From assembly GCF_039654945.1 (NCBI RefSeq), contig NW_027361723.1, forward strand, positions 2,914,001 to 2,978,000: a stretch of DNA of 64,000 nt. The letters are read 5' to 3'. Below are positions 61,880-64,000 of this stretch, piece after piece. The stretch is from Dendrobates tinctorius. Taxonomy: Eukaryota. The position numbers and the translations under genes are program-made. Under the pieces are notes generated by a model, which made no database searches, was not told where the DNA came from, and saw only the letters and a program-made list of their open reading frames with translations. Each line of letters starts with the position of its first letter. The first letter of the stretch is position 1.

Positions 61880-64000
61880 ATGCCACCCAAGAAAGCAACC
61901 AAGCGCAGCAGGAGAAGGCAGGTGACCACTGCAGCACCATCAGCACCACCACCACCCCAAATGGAGCAGCAAATGGAACATGCTGAGGAGGGGAGGCCAG
62001 CAGCAGATGAGAGACGGTAATTATCAAATCCCCCATTCCTCCAAACTAGGGCTATGGAATATCAAGATATTCATTGGCCCTTTGTTTCTCTTTATTCAAC
62101 AGCCGCCCAATAGATGCAGCAGCAGCAGCAGCAGCAGCAGCAATGGCAGCAGGTGGAACACCACCCACAGGCATGGAGTCTGGCCACCAGGAAGACAGCA
62201 CATCATCTTCTGGGAGCCCTCCCTCGCATCATCAGCGTTTGACGGTAAGTTTTTATTTCCAAAATCCATCATCTCTGTAATATATGTCTATTCATTGCCT
62301 TTTATTTCAAAACAGGATTCACAAGATGAAGAGGAGCTCCCAGAAGAAGAAGGAAGGGGTGGGCAGACACTTGGAGTGGGCTCACAATTGGTAAGTTTTT
62401 TGCATCAAACGCAGAAACACAACATCACACTACACAACACATAGAAAACAATGTTCTGCAGACCACACACAGCAAACAAATGCCTACATCCAAAGACATA
62501 ACATTTTTTGTTTTCTTCTCTAGTCTTCCCAATCTGGTGCTCGGCCAAGAGGTCCTCGCAGTGCCTCCCAGGGTCATCGGCGACAGCAACGCGGCGGTCA
62601 CCAGCGTGTAAGTATAAATATTTTTGCTTTGTTTTTTTGCACTTTTTATTTCATTTCTTTTGTGGAGGCTAATTATGTTATTTTTGTCTTTTTCTTTAAC
62701 AGCCTTCACAGCGTGCTCCCGACTCTGACGGTGAGGATGGAGGACTCGATGTGGACCACCTCATCGATCTCGTCAGAGAAAGGGAGCCGCTCTGGAATAT
62801 GGCTGACCGCCGCCACGCTGACCTTATCGTTACCCGACGACTCTGGGAGGAAATCTGTTCGCTCCTTGTGGACCGCTGGGAGGACCTCGATGCTCGGGCC
62901 AAGATTAAAGAGCGTAAGTATATACAGTACCGGTTGCTTGATGTAAACCAGTGTTTCCCGAACTCCAGTCCTCGTGGTCCCCACGGATCATGTGTTCAGG
63001 ATTTCTATTTACTATGGAAATCCTGAAAACATGACCCCTGGGGACCATGAGGACTGGAGTTTGGGAAACACTGATGTTGTATACTAACCACTCCTTTCTC
63101 GTTTCAGGGAACAGAATTGTGAATCGGTGGCAGTCTGTGAGGGATCGTTTCAAGAAGGAGTTCAATAAAGAGATGCGGGCCCCGAGTGGATCTGGAGGAC
63201 GCAGGAGCAAGTACAAGTCTGCAGAAGCCCTGTCGTTCCTCTGGGAAACAATGGTCACTAGAAGGTAAATATTACACACCACATGTGAAAAAAAATGTTA
63301 GATGTAAATTTTTTTTTTCAGCCAGGGCCATACCATGTCAGTATTTTAATAGTTTTTTTTTCTCTTTATTCCACAGCACGGTGAGCAGCACTCGGGAGCC
63401 TGCACGATTGGACCCTTCTGAGGAGATCCCTGAGGAGACCGGCACTGAGGGACACTTCGACCGCCCCGGTACATCTGCACCTTCCCAGCCTTCCCACACA
63501 TTCGACCCATCTGTCCCATCCACCAGCACAGGAGCATCGTGGCCGCCTACATTACATGAAGCTGCTGGTGAGGAGATCGCTTTCCCTTTACCCCACCCTT
63601 CTGCCCCTGCCACCTCTAGTACACCTGCGGGTACTGGGCGGCAGCGGCAGAGGGGTCAGGAAAAGACTTATGCGCCAGAGTTCTTGCATCTGAATGCATC
63701 TTTCCAGAACTGTCTAAAAGTCTTGTCAGAGCAAATCTCCGCAGGCTATCAGCAGATCAACTCCAGCATTCTGGAGGTGAAGACACTTCTGCAAACCATG
63801 CATTCAGAAGCAAGATCTTCGCCAAACCACACCTTTTTCAGGTCTGTTGTGGAGCGCATGGAAACGCTCTCTCCTGCCCAGCAGATGCATGTAATGCATT
63901 CATGCCACGCTGTTCTCCAGCAAGTTACCTCCCAACCTCCTCCTCCCACCACAGTAGTTCCTCCACCTGCACCCCCTCCAGCCACTTTCCATCCTCCCCC
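61880..64000 (+). CDS. MADF (Myb/SANT-like) DNA-binding protein with BESS-like C-terminal motif, 7 predicted exons, 3'-incomplete
   Basis: Exons 61880-62016, 62103-62244, 62316-62390, 62524-62607, 62703-62913, 63108-63264, 63377->64000, all GT/AG with consistent phase; LIDLVREREPLWN..LWEEI..RWQSVRDRFKK; TATA at ~61839. Confidence 0.85.
62949..63073. mobile_element. 125-bp palindromic MITE in a MADF gene intron
   Basis: CAGTGTTTCCC...GGGAAACACTG termini, nearly the whole element folds back; TSD only partly matching. Confidence 0.7.

Larger units (their letters stand above)
61485..64000 (+). mobile_element. PIF/Harbinger-type transposon, left part
   Basis: Starts GGCCTCTTTCACAC after a TAA target exactly where homology with 13010-13055 stops; CCGGATCCGG subterminal palindromes 61520-61800; MADF gene inside. 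Right end and transposase not in window. Confidence 0.8.

Overview
Eukaryotic, almost certainly vertebrate and probably frog (inferred from the repeat families), transposon-dense window built around a replication-dependent histone cluster (H4 fragment, H3, H1, H4, H2B with an N-run over its core, H2A; ~25.3-33.9 kb). Two large hAT DNA-transposon families flank it. hAT-A has TIR TAGAGTTGAGCG, internal 130-bp and 124-bp tandem arrays, one complete copy with an intact 1180-aa transposase at 38524-47203 and three partial copies. hAT-B has TIR TAGTGTTGAGC, two decayed transposase copies and a related non-autonomous element carrying a solo LTR. Also present are three CR1 LINEs, a Rex1/Babar-like LINE, the left part of a Harbinger element with a multi-exon MADF gene, and two duplicated partial Ly6/uPAR (three-finger) genes whose GPI-signal exon is interrupted by hAT-A. 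Most notable observations: (1) hAT-A carries a diverged ~470-bp 18S rRNA fragment antisense to its transposase; (2) a ~20-copy minisatellite just 3' of H1 is a tandem amplification of the histone 3'-processing signal (stem 3' arm, cleavage site, U7-binding element); (3) the Ly6 reading frame runs into the hAT terminus, swapping the end of the GPI signal for a basic 29-aa tail, with mostly synonymous differences between the two copies; (4) the CR1 5'UTR is made of 127-bp monomers, each containing an octamer motif. All calls are by eye from the sequence and ORF track; no searches were run.
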